Positions 28,268 through 43,329 of a stretch of 64,000 bases of DNA are shown here, in pieces (the first letter of the stretch is position 1; every line of letters begins with the position of its first letter). Made by a program: the position numbers and the translations under genes. Source of the stretch: the human T2T-CHM13v2.0 reference genome, Homo sapiens. The notes beneath the pieces were generated by a model. It was not told where the DNA came from. It was given only the letters and a program-made list of their open reading frames with translations, and ran no database searches. Where the stretch lies: NCBI RefSeq assembly GCF_009914755.1, contig NC_060925.1, one strand, 5' to 3'.

Positions 28268-29126
28268 TGAGATAGAAAGTATGATATGGTTTGGCTGCAT
28301 CCTCACCCAAATCTCGTCTTGAATTGCAGCTCCCATAATTCCCATGTGTTGTGGGAGGAACCCAGTGGGAGACAACTGAATCATGGGGGCGGTTTCCCCC
28401 ATACTGTTTTCATAGTAGTGAATAAGTCTCACAAGATCTGATGGTTTTATAAAGGGAAACCCCTTTCACCTGGCTTTCATTCTCTCTCTTGTCTGCCACC
28501 ATGTAAGACATGCCTTTCGCCTTCCACCGTGATTGTGAGGACTCCCCAGCCACGTGGAATTGTGAGTCCATTAAACCTCTTTTTCTTTATAAATTACCCA
28601 GTCTTGGGTATGTTTTTATCAGCAGTGTGGAAATGGACTAATACAAGGTGGGACTGGACTCCCCAGAGGAGGGGCTCAGACACTGGACCAAACTGAGAAC
28701 TAGGGATGGGGCAGAAGCAGCTTTCCCTAGGACACGCCCACCAGTGTGTCATGTTAATTTACCATTGCCATGGCAACACCCAAAAATTACTGCCCCCTTC
28801 CATGGCAACAACCTCATGACCCAGAAGTTACTCCTCTTTTCCAAGAAATTTCTGCGTAATCTTCCCCTTAATTTGCATGTAATTAAAAGTGGATATAAAT
28901 ATGGCTGCAGAACTGCCTCCAAGCTGCTACCCTGGGCACACTGCCTGTGGGGTAGCCCTGCTCTGCAGTGAGCAGTACCTCTGCTGCTGCTGCTGCTGTA
29001 CACTCTGCCACTAAAATAAAAGTTGCTGCCTAACACCACTGGCTCACCCTTGAATTCTTCCCTGAGTGAAGCCAAGAGCCCTCCTGGCACTAAGCCCCAA
29101 TCTGGGGGTTTGCCTGCCCTGCATCA
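28268..29126 (+). mobile_element. MER41-family ERV1 LTR, split by a THE1B insertion
   Basis: tgagatag...[THE1B]...aggtgggactggactcc...gcctgccctgcatca; flanks acag/acat; AATAAA at ~29015. Confidence 0.8.
28282..28645 (+). mobile_element. THE1B-like solo LTR nested in MER41
   Basis: TGATATGG...CTAATACA; decayed TSD aagta/aggtg. Confidence 0.88.
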
Positions 29127-29231
29127 ACATCACCCAACATCCTTCTTTTACTTGTTCACTGCCTGGCTCCCCACTAACATGTAAGCCCGAGGAGGGCAGA
29201 TTCTGGAAATGTTGTCTGTATTGCTGTATCC

Positions 29232-30058
<827 letters not shown>

Positions 30059-31199
30059 TCAATCTCCAGCACAGTGCCTGGTACATAGTGAGTGCTCATA
30101 AAACATTTATTGGACCAATGAACAAATGAGTGAATGACTAACGGGAGGATGAACCCCCTCCATGATCACTCCCTGATGTGGAGAGGGAGCAAGAAGGGTG
30201 CTGGGGGAAGTGAGAGGGGCAGTTCTCCTGCCCACAAGAACCCCAGGGTAGAGGGTGGCAGCTCAGCAGAGCTCAGCCCTCAAGCCTGCTCTCACTCCCC
30301 ACGGAGGGCTGCAGTCCTTGCAAAGTGGGGCATAGCAGAGATGCTAGAATCTTCATTGACCTTAACTCAATAACATCAATTTGAGGGAAAAGAAATTTCA
30401 AAAGCACCAGCATCAGGTTGTAATGTGAGCATGTTTGCAGCAATAACACATCTGTTGTGTTGAAAAACCAACAAGAAAAACAGAAACACCTGAACAACAC
30501 CTACATTTTTTATTCTTGACAAGATCAAATAGGTTTATTCCTCCAATAAGCTACACAAACTCTGGTCATAATTAGCACTTGGCTGTGAGAAGCCTCTGCC
30601 AGATTTTTCTGTCACCTGTGATATGCTGTAAACATAAAACACAGGATGGGCATCTGACAGATGGTTAACCTGTGAGTCTCAACTCTGCAGAGTGATTTTA
30701 GAGGAAAAGGGAAGGAAATACCTAGCACAGCAGTGAACAGGTGTTCTTGATTAGCACCTTTTGCTCAGGTAAGAAATGATTTCCTGTGAAGGCTTTTTGG
30801 TCATTTTCATGTTGATTATATGGATTATGTACAGTATTTCTTGACAAAGATGAAACATTTCCTAGGAAAAGTGTGCTGGATGAGAGTGCAGAACATTGAT
30901 GTTTTGGGGAGGATTTCACTTTGAATTATTATGCATAATGCTGCTCTGAACATTTATGCACAAGTTTCTGTACAGACATATGTTTTCTTTTCTTATGGGT
31001 ATATACCTAGAAGTGGAATTGCTGGGTAGTATAGTAATTCTGTTTACTCTTTTGAGGAAGTGCCAGGCCATTTTCCAAAGTGGATTTCCACCAGCAGTGG
31101 ATGAGGACTGTAATTTCTCTACATCCTCTCCAACAGTTGCTATTGTCTGCTTTTTTTATTCTAGCCATTCTAGCAGGTATGAAGTGGTACCTCATTGTG

Positions 31200-32788
<1,589 letters not shown>

Positions 32789-34427
32789 GGTTTTGATTTG
32801 CATTTCTCTGATGGCTAATGACGTTAAGCATCTTTTCATGTGTTTGTTGGCCTTGGTATATCTTCTTTGGGGAAATACTTCTTCAGATTCTTTGCCCATT
32901 TTTTAATTGGGTTGTCTTTTTATTTTTGAGTTATAAGAGTTCTTCACATATTCTAGATGCTAATTTCTTATTAGATATATAATTTGCAAATATTTTCTCC
33001 TATTCTATGGGTTGTCTTTTCAATGCTTTGATGGTGAGAAGCATGAGTTTGCTGTTGTGCTGAATGCCTTCCTTTCTGACAAAACTGCCTGATAGCCTTA
33101 CCAGATGCCCTAATTCACCCATCATCTCTCCCAGGAGCCTCACATTTTCCAAAAAACTTCCACTTGGATCTGAGATGCACTTACATGGCCTTTTATTTCT
33201 TAAAATTAAGTATTTTTTTTTCCTAAAGGCACAATTTCCTTTCCCAAAAGGAGTCATTTCAAAGACACTATAATTTCCTGAATCTTGTCCAAAGTTTAAA
33301 ACTGATATCCAAGAAGGAGTGGCCTCTTTATTTTACCTCCAGAAATGTCTCTGAAATGCAGGCAGGTCCCATCAATCTAAAATACTCTCGGCTTCATTGC
33401 AGCTGCAGCTGCGAGACAGACCTCGTCATTTTGGCTGTTTATGCACTTCTGGAGGTATATTTAGGTTGCTTCTATTTAGTGTTCCCAGAATAGCCATAGT
33501 TTTTTGTTTCTCTATCATCCTCTTAGTTTTATTCCTTCCTGTCCCAAACTGCGGGTGATATACAAGATGATTTCCAAAACCCTTTCTACCTCAGAAAGTC
33601 TATGCTCTTAAACAGTGTCCAGGCCCTCCTTTGCAGGAGCACAGTATATCATCTCTAGCCATAACCCACAGTCCACTAGCAAGCAGCAGAGAACAGTCAC
33701 CAAATGCAGGAGAGGCCCCATGGCTCATAACTGAATTGGGCTCATGTACTCCAAATCCCAGTGTGATTTGATCACTACTATTTAAATTCATAGACAAGTA
33801 TCCTATGAATTAATATGTAATGTGCTTGGATGAAGACAAACTTGGGTTTACCTATATCATTTCTGGGCAGGGCTGTAGCTAAACATTTTGCAGTGAAAGT
33901 GATTTTTGATTCCAGTTCATGCTAACAAGTTAAGCTGACATATTTGATAGCTTCAACTAGCTCCATGGGTGGTCGAGTAAAGTTTTTTGTGCTTCATGTT
34001 GTCCATCCCATTAATAAATCAAATAATGCTGCAGGTACCATGGTTACATGTGCCTTAAATTTTGAGAACGACACTGCCAGAGACAGATTTTCAAATTACA
34101 AACATCCTTCATATCTTAGATGATGTATTAGGTTGCTACAAATCCCAAATTAGAATCCTGCTATCAATAGAGCATTTAATGCCCACTCACTTTAAATAAG
34201 CAATCAAAGTTAAAATAAAAATCAGTGAGCTTCTCCTATGAGTATTTCCCACAAATTCAGCTCAGCAGAGAGCTCTTCTGAGGACGGTCCCCACCCCCAG
34301 GAGTGAAATACAAGACTTGAATGGGTTGATGCCTGATAGTTTTCTGCTGACGATGTTTTTGGTTTTGCGTGTGGTTTTTTCCATCTTTGTAGTTTTACAA
34401 AAAGCAATGGTTTAAAGAAGGGTTTAA

Positions 34428-34521
34428 CAGGAGGTGGAGCTTGTAGTGAGCCGAGACTGCGCCACTGCACTCCAGCCTGGGCTACAGAGCTAGACTTCTT
34501 CTCAAAAAAAAAAAAAAAAAA
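34428..34521 (+). mobile_element. 5'-truncated AluY-like fragment with poly(A)
   Basis: ggagcttgtagtgagccgag; flanks aagaagggtttaa / aagaaggagttaa. Confidence 0.85.
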
Positions 34522-34547
34522 GAAGGAGTTAAGGTGTGTGCAAATGC

Positions 34548-34890
34548 AAAAGCAAAGACATGGAATCAACCTAAATGCCCATCAATGCTAGACTGAATAA
34601 AGAAAATATAGTACATATACACCATGGAATACTATGCATATAGTATAAAAGGAACAAGCTATAAAAAGGAAAAAGATCACGTCCTTTGCAGGGACATAGA
34701 TGGAGTTGGAAGCCATTATCCTCAGCAAACTGATGCAGGAACAGAAAACCAAACACCACATGTTTCACTTATAAGTCGGAACTGAATGATGAGAACACAT
34801 GGACCTGTGGTGCAGAACAACACATACTAGGGTCTGTCGGGCAGTGGGGGTGGGAAATAGAAATAAAATAAAATAAAACCTTTTTTTAAA
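34548..34890 (+). mobile_element. Short L1PA insertion, 5'-truncated and ending early in the 3'UTR
   Basis: perfect 17-bp TSD aaggtgtgtgcaaatgc at 34531-34547 and 34891-34907. Confidence 0.88.
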
Positions 34891-36020
34891 AAGGTGTGTG
34901 CAAATGCTCAGGGCCATGTTTTAAACAGTGGCAAAGAAAAAAAGTTGAGAGACAAGGGGGAAGTCTTGAATTGTGTCATAGTTTGTTCATTTGAGCTTTA
35001 ACATATCAAAGCCAAATAAATTTACACCAAGAAGTATTTATATTGATAAACAATATGTAATGGGAAACTACAAACCCATTTGTAAACACCATATCTAAAT
35101 AATAATTTCTAACCAGTGCGCCCTGAGGCTGATGCCTGTGAATGACGTGCTGAAAGGGATGAAAGCAATGCATTGAGGGGCTGTTTTGCTGTCTTTCCCA
35201 CCACTGTGCCAGAACACAAGCCTCCTTCATGGGCGGGAGCCCTCCGCATTTCAAGCAGCTGCCATTCCAAGGTGCCAGGGCACCACAGAGATTGGCCAGG
35301 ATGTGAGGAGATGGCCTGTGCACCTGTCTAAGACAGATAACAATACAATAGCCTCTTCACTCACACATACTCAAAGGAAAAGTAAAAAACCTTATGTCAG
35401 CTGAAATGAAGAGATTGGGGAGAGGACTAGGAAAGGCTGCAATGAGGCTGCAGCAAAGACAGAAGCATCCTAAAGAAGCAGCAGGAAGAAAAGGGAACTA
35501 ACTGCTCCTTGCTGAAACACCAATAGAGAGGGGCACCTGGGTGGAAGAGCAACCATGACTCTCCCCAGCTCAGAGCTCTAGCTATGGATTCCTTCATTCC
35601 TGAAGGAATGGTTGGAGAAAACCAATACTGTCATTAAAAGCATCTCTCACCTTCTCCTTTCTCCATGTTTCATTACCAGCATGTTCTGAAAATTTATATT
35701 GCAAGAAAAAATAAAAAGGATGTGAGGAAACAAAATATTTAAAATATGGAAAATGGGAGTGATCATTTACTTTTGTTGCTTTAATAAATATACTTATAAA
35801 AAGACAAAGGGACAATGACATTAAAAGCACAGACTTAAAAGAGTTTTACATTTTAAAAAACAGAAATTGTCAAAATATTTTAAAAGTGAAAAGTTTCCTT
35901 CTTCTCTTACACATTCTAGTTCATGAAGACGTTTCCCATTTTTATTCTCATTTGTACCTGTTTACAAGAGACTCATTTTTTAGCCCCTTTAAACTATTCT
36001 TAAGCATCAAGAATGGTTTT

Positions 36021-36347
<327 letters not shown>

Positions 36348-37962
36348 TTAAAAGCAGACAAGCTTCTCTGTCAGAGAAGTCTCAAGGAAAAAATAACTCA
36401 CTGTTGTTACTTATGGTAGTTAGAACACATGAAAACTTTTAAAAAGTGGAAGTTTATTCAATTTTTTTCTGAATATATATGAGGTAGGTATAGATAATAT
36501 GTAGCTAACATACGTACACACATATGTTGAGTTATATGATCTACATAAGGGAATATGTAGTATGCATACGGACTATGTGGGCTGTCAAATGCATGCCTTT
36601 TTTCCTCTCTAGCATTTTCCCTGTGTTATTGAATAACTTATTTTCTTAGCTGTCTTATAATCTTTTGTATAAATACACCATACTTTATTTCCCATTTCCC
36701 TTCTGATGAACATTTAGGTTATTTCCAGTGTATTAATAGCAATAAAACTTAGATGAACATCTTTGAAGCTTATCTATATTCACATCAGTTTATTTTTTAG
36801 AAAAAAAAATAGAAACGGTGAATAAGAGGCCAGAACTTTGATATATATTATCAACCTTCTAAAAAGATATATCAATTTTTATTCTCATCAGCAGTACATG
36901 GAATTTCTAAAGATAATCATCTTAAAAGCAAAACAAAGATTGACAAAAACCCAAAAACAAATTTGGTCTAGATCATGTTGAAAGGTTCCCATCAAGCTAC
37001 AACATTATTATCTTGTTGATACACTCTGACATACACAAACCCAGCGTGATTCCCCTGCCAAGGACTCTGGGCTGGTCACAATTACGATGGCCCTAAAGCT
37101 TCACCTCAGATGCACCCCTGGAGCCCTGAGGAGCTCACCTTTGTCCTAATGCCTAAGGAGCTATCTGTTAGAAGGTAGTTTAGGAAGCCACAGCCAGAAA
37201 CACTGTGGCACCAACTAGATAATTTTAGGAACAAACCATGTATACATTTAGCCCTCCAAACCCTGCCGGGAACTCTAGGGAATTATTGGGGATTCAGTTG
37301 ACTTTTTGCCGTACACTAACAAATCCATCTTTGGGAAAAGGCATGACCCACAGTGGCTCAATCAGGAGCAGGACACACCTCTACACCTCATCTCTTTTTG
37401 CTTTCATCCAGCTTTAGCAGGGCCTTCTCTTTCTGCTTCACAGAAAGGAACAGGCTTTGCCTTAAGCAGGATTTTGGGTTGTTTGCTTGCTTTTGCAAAA
37501 AGCAAGGTGTGTTGCCCAAATCTGATTAAATTTTGGAACATCTCTCTCCCTTTTTCCTGCAGCTACTCTTCTGGTGACTAGTGCAATTTCTTATGAATAC
37601 AACTGACTCTAAATGCCTAGTGTAAGCCAACAAATATGTGAAAAACAAGGGAGAAAGAGCCACCCTCAGTGCTTGTTGGTGGAAACACACAATTATTTCT
37701 TTGGAGCACTTTATATTTTTTTGGCCAATAGGGTCATTTGGCAATCTGTGATGTGCAAAATTTTCACTCCCATTCAGTGAGTTCCCAGGACAGTTCTAGT
37801 GGACTTGGGTGGGCCGCACTCTGAGGTAATGGTCTCAGCATGTCCTGCCTTTGGGGAGTATTACTGATCACAGCTCACCTTCATGATTACTAAGCAGAAA
37901 CATAGCGCCAGGAACAGAATGGCTTCTTTCGGTGAGGTGGTAGCCCAAGAGACAGTGCTCAA

Positions 37963-38054
37963 AATTGCTTGAACCCGAGAGGCAGAGGTCGCAGTGAGCT
38001 GAGATCGCGCCAGTGCACTCCAGCCTGGGCAACAGAGTGAGACTCCGTCTCAAA
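37963..38054 (+). mobile_element. Alu right-arm fragment without poly(A) tail
   Basis: aattgcttgaacccgagaggc...gagactccgtctcaaa, then unique sequence. Confidence 0.85.
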
Positions 38055-39909
38055 GCAGAGACAATGCCTGAGAACAGCTAGCACCAGGAATGCTGGAGTT
38101 GTACTTGAACTCCCTCCCACTTGGAGAATCTAGGCTTGCTGGACTCCACTAGGGCTCTGACCTTTCTCTGAAGCCAGTCTGAGGGGCAGAAACAGCTAGA
38201 AGCCTAGAGAAAGGCATGAGGGCTTCCAATAAAAGAAACTCCGCCAAGAGTCAAACCCAGTGCTATGAGGAGTTGTTCTTTGAGATAGATGGAGAGAAGC
38301 GTGCACCAATATCCAGAAGAAAATTCCTCACTAGAGGCAAAGTAAGCCAGCACCAAGCCCTCAGGAAAGCAAACAGAGCAAGGAGGAGGGTTTTAGGAGC
38401 CAGAAATCCAGGGGCCTCCCCCTGCCTGAGCAGATAGCAGAAGACACTCCCCAAGAGGCTCCTCTTGCCTGAGATGACCAGGGGACCTGGGGGTGCAGGG
38501 GGTGGTGGGTGAGGGGTCCGTGTAGAGGAAGGAGGAGAAGAAGGCTATGTTGGGAGGAAGGACCTGCTGCTGAGGGCACGCTGTGGATGAGGAGGATGGT
38601 GTGGAGAGGGAGGACTTGCTGGTAAGGATGTTATAGGGATGAGGGGCACGTGGCAGCTGGGGGAGCTAGGAAATGCGGAGAGGCAGGGAGATGTGACAAG
38701 TACTTTTCAGCACCTCTCTGTGTGACACTCCATAAACCCACTGCACCACTCCTACATGGAAAACACTGCAGAGTTTTTGTGATCTTTGCAGGCATCTGGT
38801 GTTTATATGATGAGTGGAGCAGCAGAGCTGGGTCAGGCTGGGTCAGGCATTAAGAGGGCCTGGTTATTTCCTAGATCCACTGGCCTAAGCACGCAGTCGG
38901 GGAGGAGAGCCGGTTTCTCAGGTAGCAGAAAAGAAACCAGCGGGGGATGAGGGACAGTGTGAGGAGCAGGGTGCCCAGAGGCATCCGGCACCCAAAGGGT
39001 TCTCACTGTGCGGCGCTCCTTTGAGTCATGGCAGGACTTTCCTGGTTCCTGGGGGTGGGGGGGACTATTTCCAAGGGACGCTATTTCCCGGGGGGGGGCT
39101 ATTTCCAGGGCTCACATTGCCTGCATCCAAAGACGTGCCCACCTTGACCCCTGGAAAAGTCCTGCTTATTTCTGCCCTAGTGACTTTCCACGCATTCGTT
39201 CACTCAACAATGATTATTGATATCCTGTTTACTACCAAGGTCCCCACCGTAGAGAGTTGACAGCCCAGCAGGAAGCTGTAGCAAGTATACAAATAACTTC
39301 AAAGCAAGCCAGAACATGATGGCTGCCTTCGGAGAGAGGCAAAGGGCTTCGCAGTGCGTAGGAGACCCCTATCTCAGAGATCAGGACTTCTGAAACTGGG
39401 TCTGCCCAACGTTGAGCCTCCGAGGACCTCATTGAACAAGACCTTGCCTGCAGGTCCCGGCCAGCCTGTGCTCAGGAATAACTAAGGAGTGGAGCCGCAT
39501 CAACCTCCTTCCCAAATCCGGACGTCTTCCTCCGACTCAAGCCCAGCCTGAGGGCCATTCTCCTTGATTCACCCTTGGAAACAGACACCAGCCAAGGGAG
39601 CTGTCTCCTGGCGTTGACAAGGATCCGATTTAGGTCAGTATTCTAGTTCCCACTCCACAGAGGAATCTGACTGGAGGCCAGCTGTGGTCGATGAGTCATC
39701 CGGAACACAAGCAGGCAGCTATTTCCGAACTAAATGGCATCTGATCTCCCTCCTCACCTTGAGTCCAGTGCCCTGGTCTCCAAAAAAAGCTTCCTCTGAG
39801 ATCAAGCCAGGGAGAGAGATACAGAGACCTGAGCAGAGGGGAGCCACCGTGGCTTCATCACTCCTGGTGCCATGCAGGCAGCAAAGGAACATCTGGAATA
39901 AAGCAGGCA

Positions 39910-39929
39910 ATTCTAGAAGATTCTAGAAT
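39910..39929. promoter_or_regulatory. Perfect 4-pentamer heat-shock element (HSF-binding consensus)
   Basis: aTTCtaGAAgaTTCtaGAAt; motif match only, occupancy unknown. Confidence 0.5.
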
Positions 39930-39949
39930 TCCAGGTCCTGTTAATAGAC

Positions 39950-41525
39950 TGCCTCCATCCTTTACCTTTTTTCCTTCCATCCTTCCTTCCTCCCTCCCTC
40001 CTTCCTTTCTCCCTCCCTCTTTCCTGCTTCCTTCCTTCTTTCTTCCTCCCTCCCTCCTTCCTTCCTCCCTCCGTCCTTCCTTCCTTCCTCCCTTCCTCCT
40101 CCCTCCTTCCTCCCTCCCTCCTTCCTGTTTTCTTCTTTCTTTCCTTCCTTCTTCCTTCCTCCTCCCTCCTTCCTCCCTCCCTCCTTCCTGTTTTCTTCTT
40201 TCTTTCCTTCCTTCTTCCTTCCTCCCCCCTCCTTCCTCCCTCCCTCCTTCCTGTTTTCTTCTTTCTTTCCTTCCTTCTTCCTTCCTCCCCCCTCCTTCCT
40301 TCCTCCCTCCCTCCTTCCTGTTTTCTTCTTTCTTTCCTTCCTTCTTCCTTCCTCCCCCCTCCTTCCTTCCTCCCTCCCTCCTTCCTGTTTTCTTCTTTCT
40401 TTCCTTCCTTCTTCCTTCCTCCCCCCTCCTTCCTCCCTCCCTCCTTCCTGTTTTCTTCTTTCTTTCCTTCCTTCTTCCTCCCCCCTCCTTCCTTCCTCCC
40501 TCCCTCCTTCCTGTTTTCTTCTTTCTTTCCTTCCTTCTTCCTTCCTCCCCCCTCCTTCCTTCCTCCCCCCTCCTTCCTTCCTCCCTCCCTCCTTCCTGTT
40601 TTCTTCTTTCTTTCCTTCCTTCTTCCTTCCTCCCCCCCTCCTTCCTTCCTCCCTCCCTCTCTCCCTCCTCCTACTTCCTTCCCCACTCCCTCCCTCCTTC
40701 CTCTTTTCTTCTTTCCTCCCTTCCTCCTCCCTCTCTCCTCCTTCCTTCCTTCCTCCCTACCTCCTTCCTCCCTCCCTCCTTCTTCTTTTCTTCTTTCCTT
40801 CCTCCCTCCTTCTTCCTTTCTCCCTGACTCCTTCCTCTTTTTTCTTTATTTCCTTCCTTCCCTCCTTTCTTTCTTCCATCCTTCCTCCCTTCCTTCCTTC
40901 CCTGCTCCCTCCTTCCTCTTTTCTTCTTTCCTCCCTTCCTCCTCCCTCTTTCCTCCTTCCTTCCTGCCTCCCTCCCTCCTTCCTCTCTCCCTCCCTCCTT
41001 CCTCTCTCCCTCCCTCCTTCCTCCCGCCCGCCTTCCTCTTTTCTTCTTTCCTTCCTTCCTTCCTTCTTCCTTCCTCCCTCCCTCCTTCCTCCCTCCGTCT
41101 CTCCCTCCTCCTTCTTCTTTCCTTCCTGCCTCCCTCCCTCTTTCCTCTTTTCTTCTTTCCTTCCTTTCTCCTCCCTCCCTCCTTCCTTCCTTCCTTCCTT
41201 CTTCCTTCCTTCCTTCCTTCTTCCTTCCTCCCTCCCTCCTTCCTCCCTCCCTCTCTCCCTCCTCCTTCTTCTTTCCTTCCTGCCTCCCTCCCTCCCTCTT
41301 TCCTCTTTTCTTCTTTCCTTCCTTTCTCCTCCCTCCCTCCTTCCTTCCTTCCTCCCTCCCTCCTTCTTCCTTTCTCCCTGACTCCTTCCTTTTTTTTCTT
41401 TATTTCCTTCCTTCCCTCCTTCCTTTCTTCCTTCCTTCCTTCCTTCTTTCCTCCCTCCCTCCCTCCTCCTTCCTTTTTTCCTTCACACCCTCATTTCTTT
41501 CCTCCCTCCTTTTTTCCTTCTTCTC
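39950..41525. repeat. 1.6-kb C/T-only tract including an ~62-67-bp minisatellite (~8 copies, 40060-40660) and (TTCC)n runs
   Basis: almost no purines on the + strand; recurring unit cttcctgttttcttctttctttccttccttcttccttcctccccctcc... Confidence 0.97.
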
Positions 41526-41619
41526 ACTTGGAACACCTACTATATGAGCCATATACTGTTTTAGGCACCAAATCAGAGATGACACTTTCCATTGTGTAAG
41601 ATACTGAAAATAAAGACTG

Positions 41620-41800
41620 ATGTATATTGATTCTTACTATTTGCCAGATACTATTATAACCACTTTACATATATTAATTCTTTTAATCTTCACAGCCAAA
41701 TAAGGCAGATACTATTATTATCTCCATTTTGGAGATGAGACATCTGGCTGAACATGGAGAGATGAAATAGCTTGCCCAAGTAAAACCATGTATAAGCAGT
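41620..41800 (-). mobile_element. MIR SINE
   Basis: actttacatatattaattcttttaatcttcac...atctccattttggagatgag. Confidence 0.65.
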
Positions 41801-42914
41801 GCCTCCTTTCTTTACTGATTCACACTATTGGAAGAAGTTTCTGAAAGCTGGCATGACCACTTCCCAATGGGAAGGGAGTATCATTTCTTGAGTACCTACT
41901 GTGTGCTAGACACTGTGTTAGTCCCCCGACACCCCCACTCTCTGTGTTGGCCACCCAGCTGACCTCTGGGAAGGTCCCAGGAAAGGGAACCCCACTCTCC
42001 CCTAGGGTTCCAACCCAGGAGCTCCCTCCCAGCAGTGCCGCTGCCAGGGTGGTGCCCTGCTCAGCTTCCATTGTGCCATGGTGCACTCCTCCAGGAGCCA
42101 CCATCTAGTGTCCACCGCTGAGCACAGGACAGGCCCTGACTTGGATTCACAGAGGAAGCAGGCAGACACCCTGCCCCCGTCTCCATGCCTCTGCTTTAGT
42201 CGTCATGATCCTGACTCTGGACTCCAGCATCACCACAGGGTCAGCTGCTGTGAATCACCCTGAGAGAGTCTGGAGGGGCCAGGAGATGTGTCTGGAAGCC
42301 CAGTGGTCTTACCTCTCAATGTCCTGTCCCCAGCTGGAGTTACTCAGCCTTGGTGTTCCTCCCTAGAGAAAGAGGAGAAAGGTTCATGGGACCCTAGTAG
42401 TTCTGAGTTTGTCGTACTGAGGCATGTTGCTGCCTGGGGAAGAAAAGAGACATGTGAGGTTTTTGTTTTCCTGCCCTTGCACGTGGAGTTATTGAAAAGG
42501 ATGTCAATGATCCCTGCCAGGTGAGGGAAAAGAGCTGCCCAGTGCGTGGGAGTCCATTACTTGGCCATATCATTAGGCTTTCTCTCTCTCCTGTTGGACA
42601 CGCCAGTGCTTGCCCCACTCAGAGGGCTTCTGAATACTGTGGACTGATGTACTGGGGTGAAATTCCACATCTGGGTCCACTTTAAGTGATTATTTTTGAA
42701 CACTGGTAAACATAAAAATAATTTGTTATTCTCACTATTTAATACAGTGAAGGACTATTAAATGGTGTTGATATTTCAGAGTTAATTAATTAAAGTGGTC
42801 TGTTTTCTGACTATTGGAAACCATAGCTGGATTTAACATTTATGAATTTATTCTGAACACATTAAGTAAAGGTCTTCACATAACTTACATGAATATAATT
42901 TTAACAGTATTTTT

Positions 42915-43077
42915 CCTCCTCCCTCCTTCCTTCCTTCCTCCCTCCTTCTTCCTTTCTCCCTGCCTCCTTCCTCTTTTTTTCTTTATTTCCTTCCTTCCCT
43001 CCTTCCTTTCTTCCTTCCTTCCCCCCTCCCTGCCTCCCTCCCTCCTTCCTCTTTTCTTCTTTCCTTCCTTCCTCCTC
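42915..43077. repeat. Isolated C/T tract homologous to the distal part of the 40-41.5 kb repeat
   Basis: shares cttcctttctccctg-ctccttcctcttttttctttatttccttccttccctcc with 40811-40870 and 41365-41440. Confidence 0.85.
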
Positions 43078-43329
43078 AAGGATCGATTTAATTAACTGGA
43101 GACATGAAAGATAATGGTTAAGATCTTTGTAGGCAGTGACAATTGTAATACCTAGGACAATAATTTCATATACCCCAAATTTTAAAGGCTAACAAGACCT
43201 AGGAGATTACCTAGTTGGTGGTTTTCTAAACTTTCTTTTAGCCATGACATCTCTTTTATAAACCAATTCTAACATAGGACTCCAACAAATAAAAGTAGAG
43301 TTGCTTTGCAGAGACCAAGAAACAGTTTG

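Noticed and set aside
39913-40686. 257-aa G/R/K/E-rich minus-strand ORF
   Set aside because: Purine-only repeat cannot encode stop codons; non-ATG start; compositional artefact
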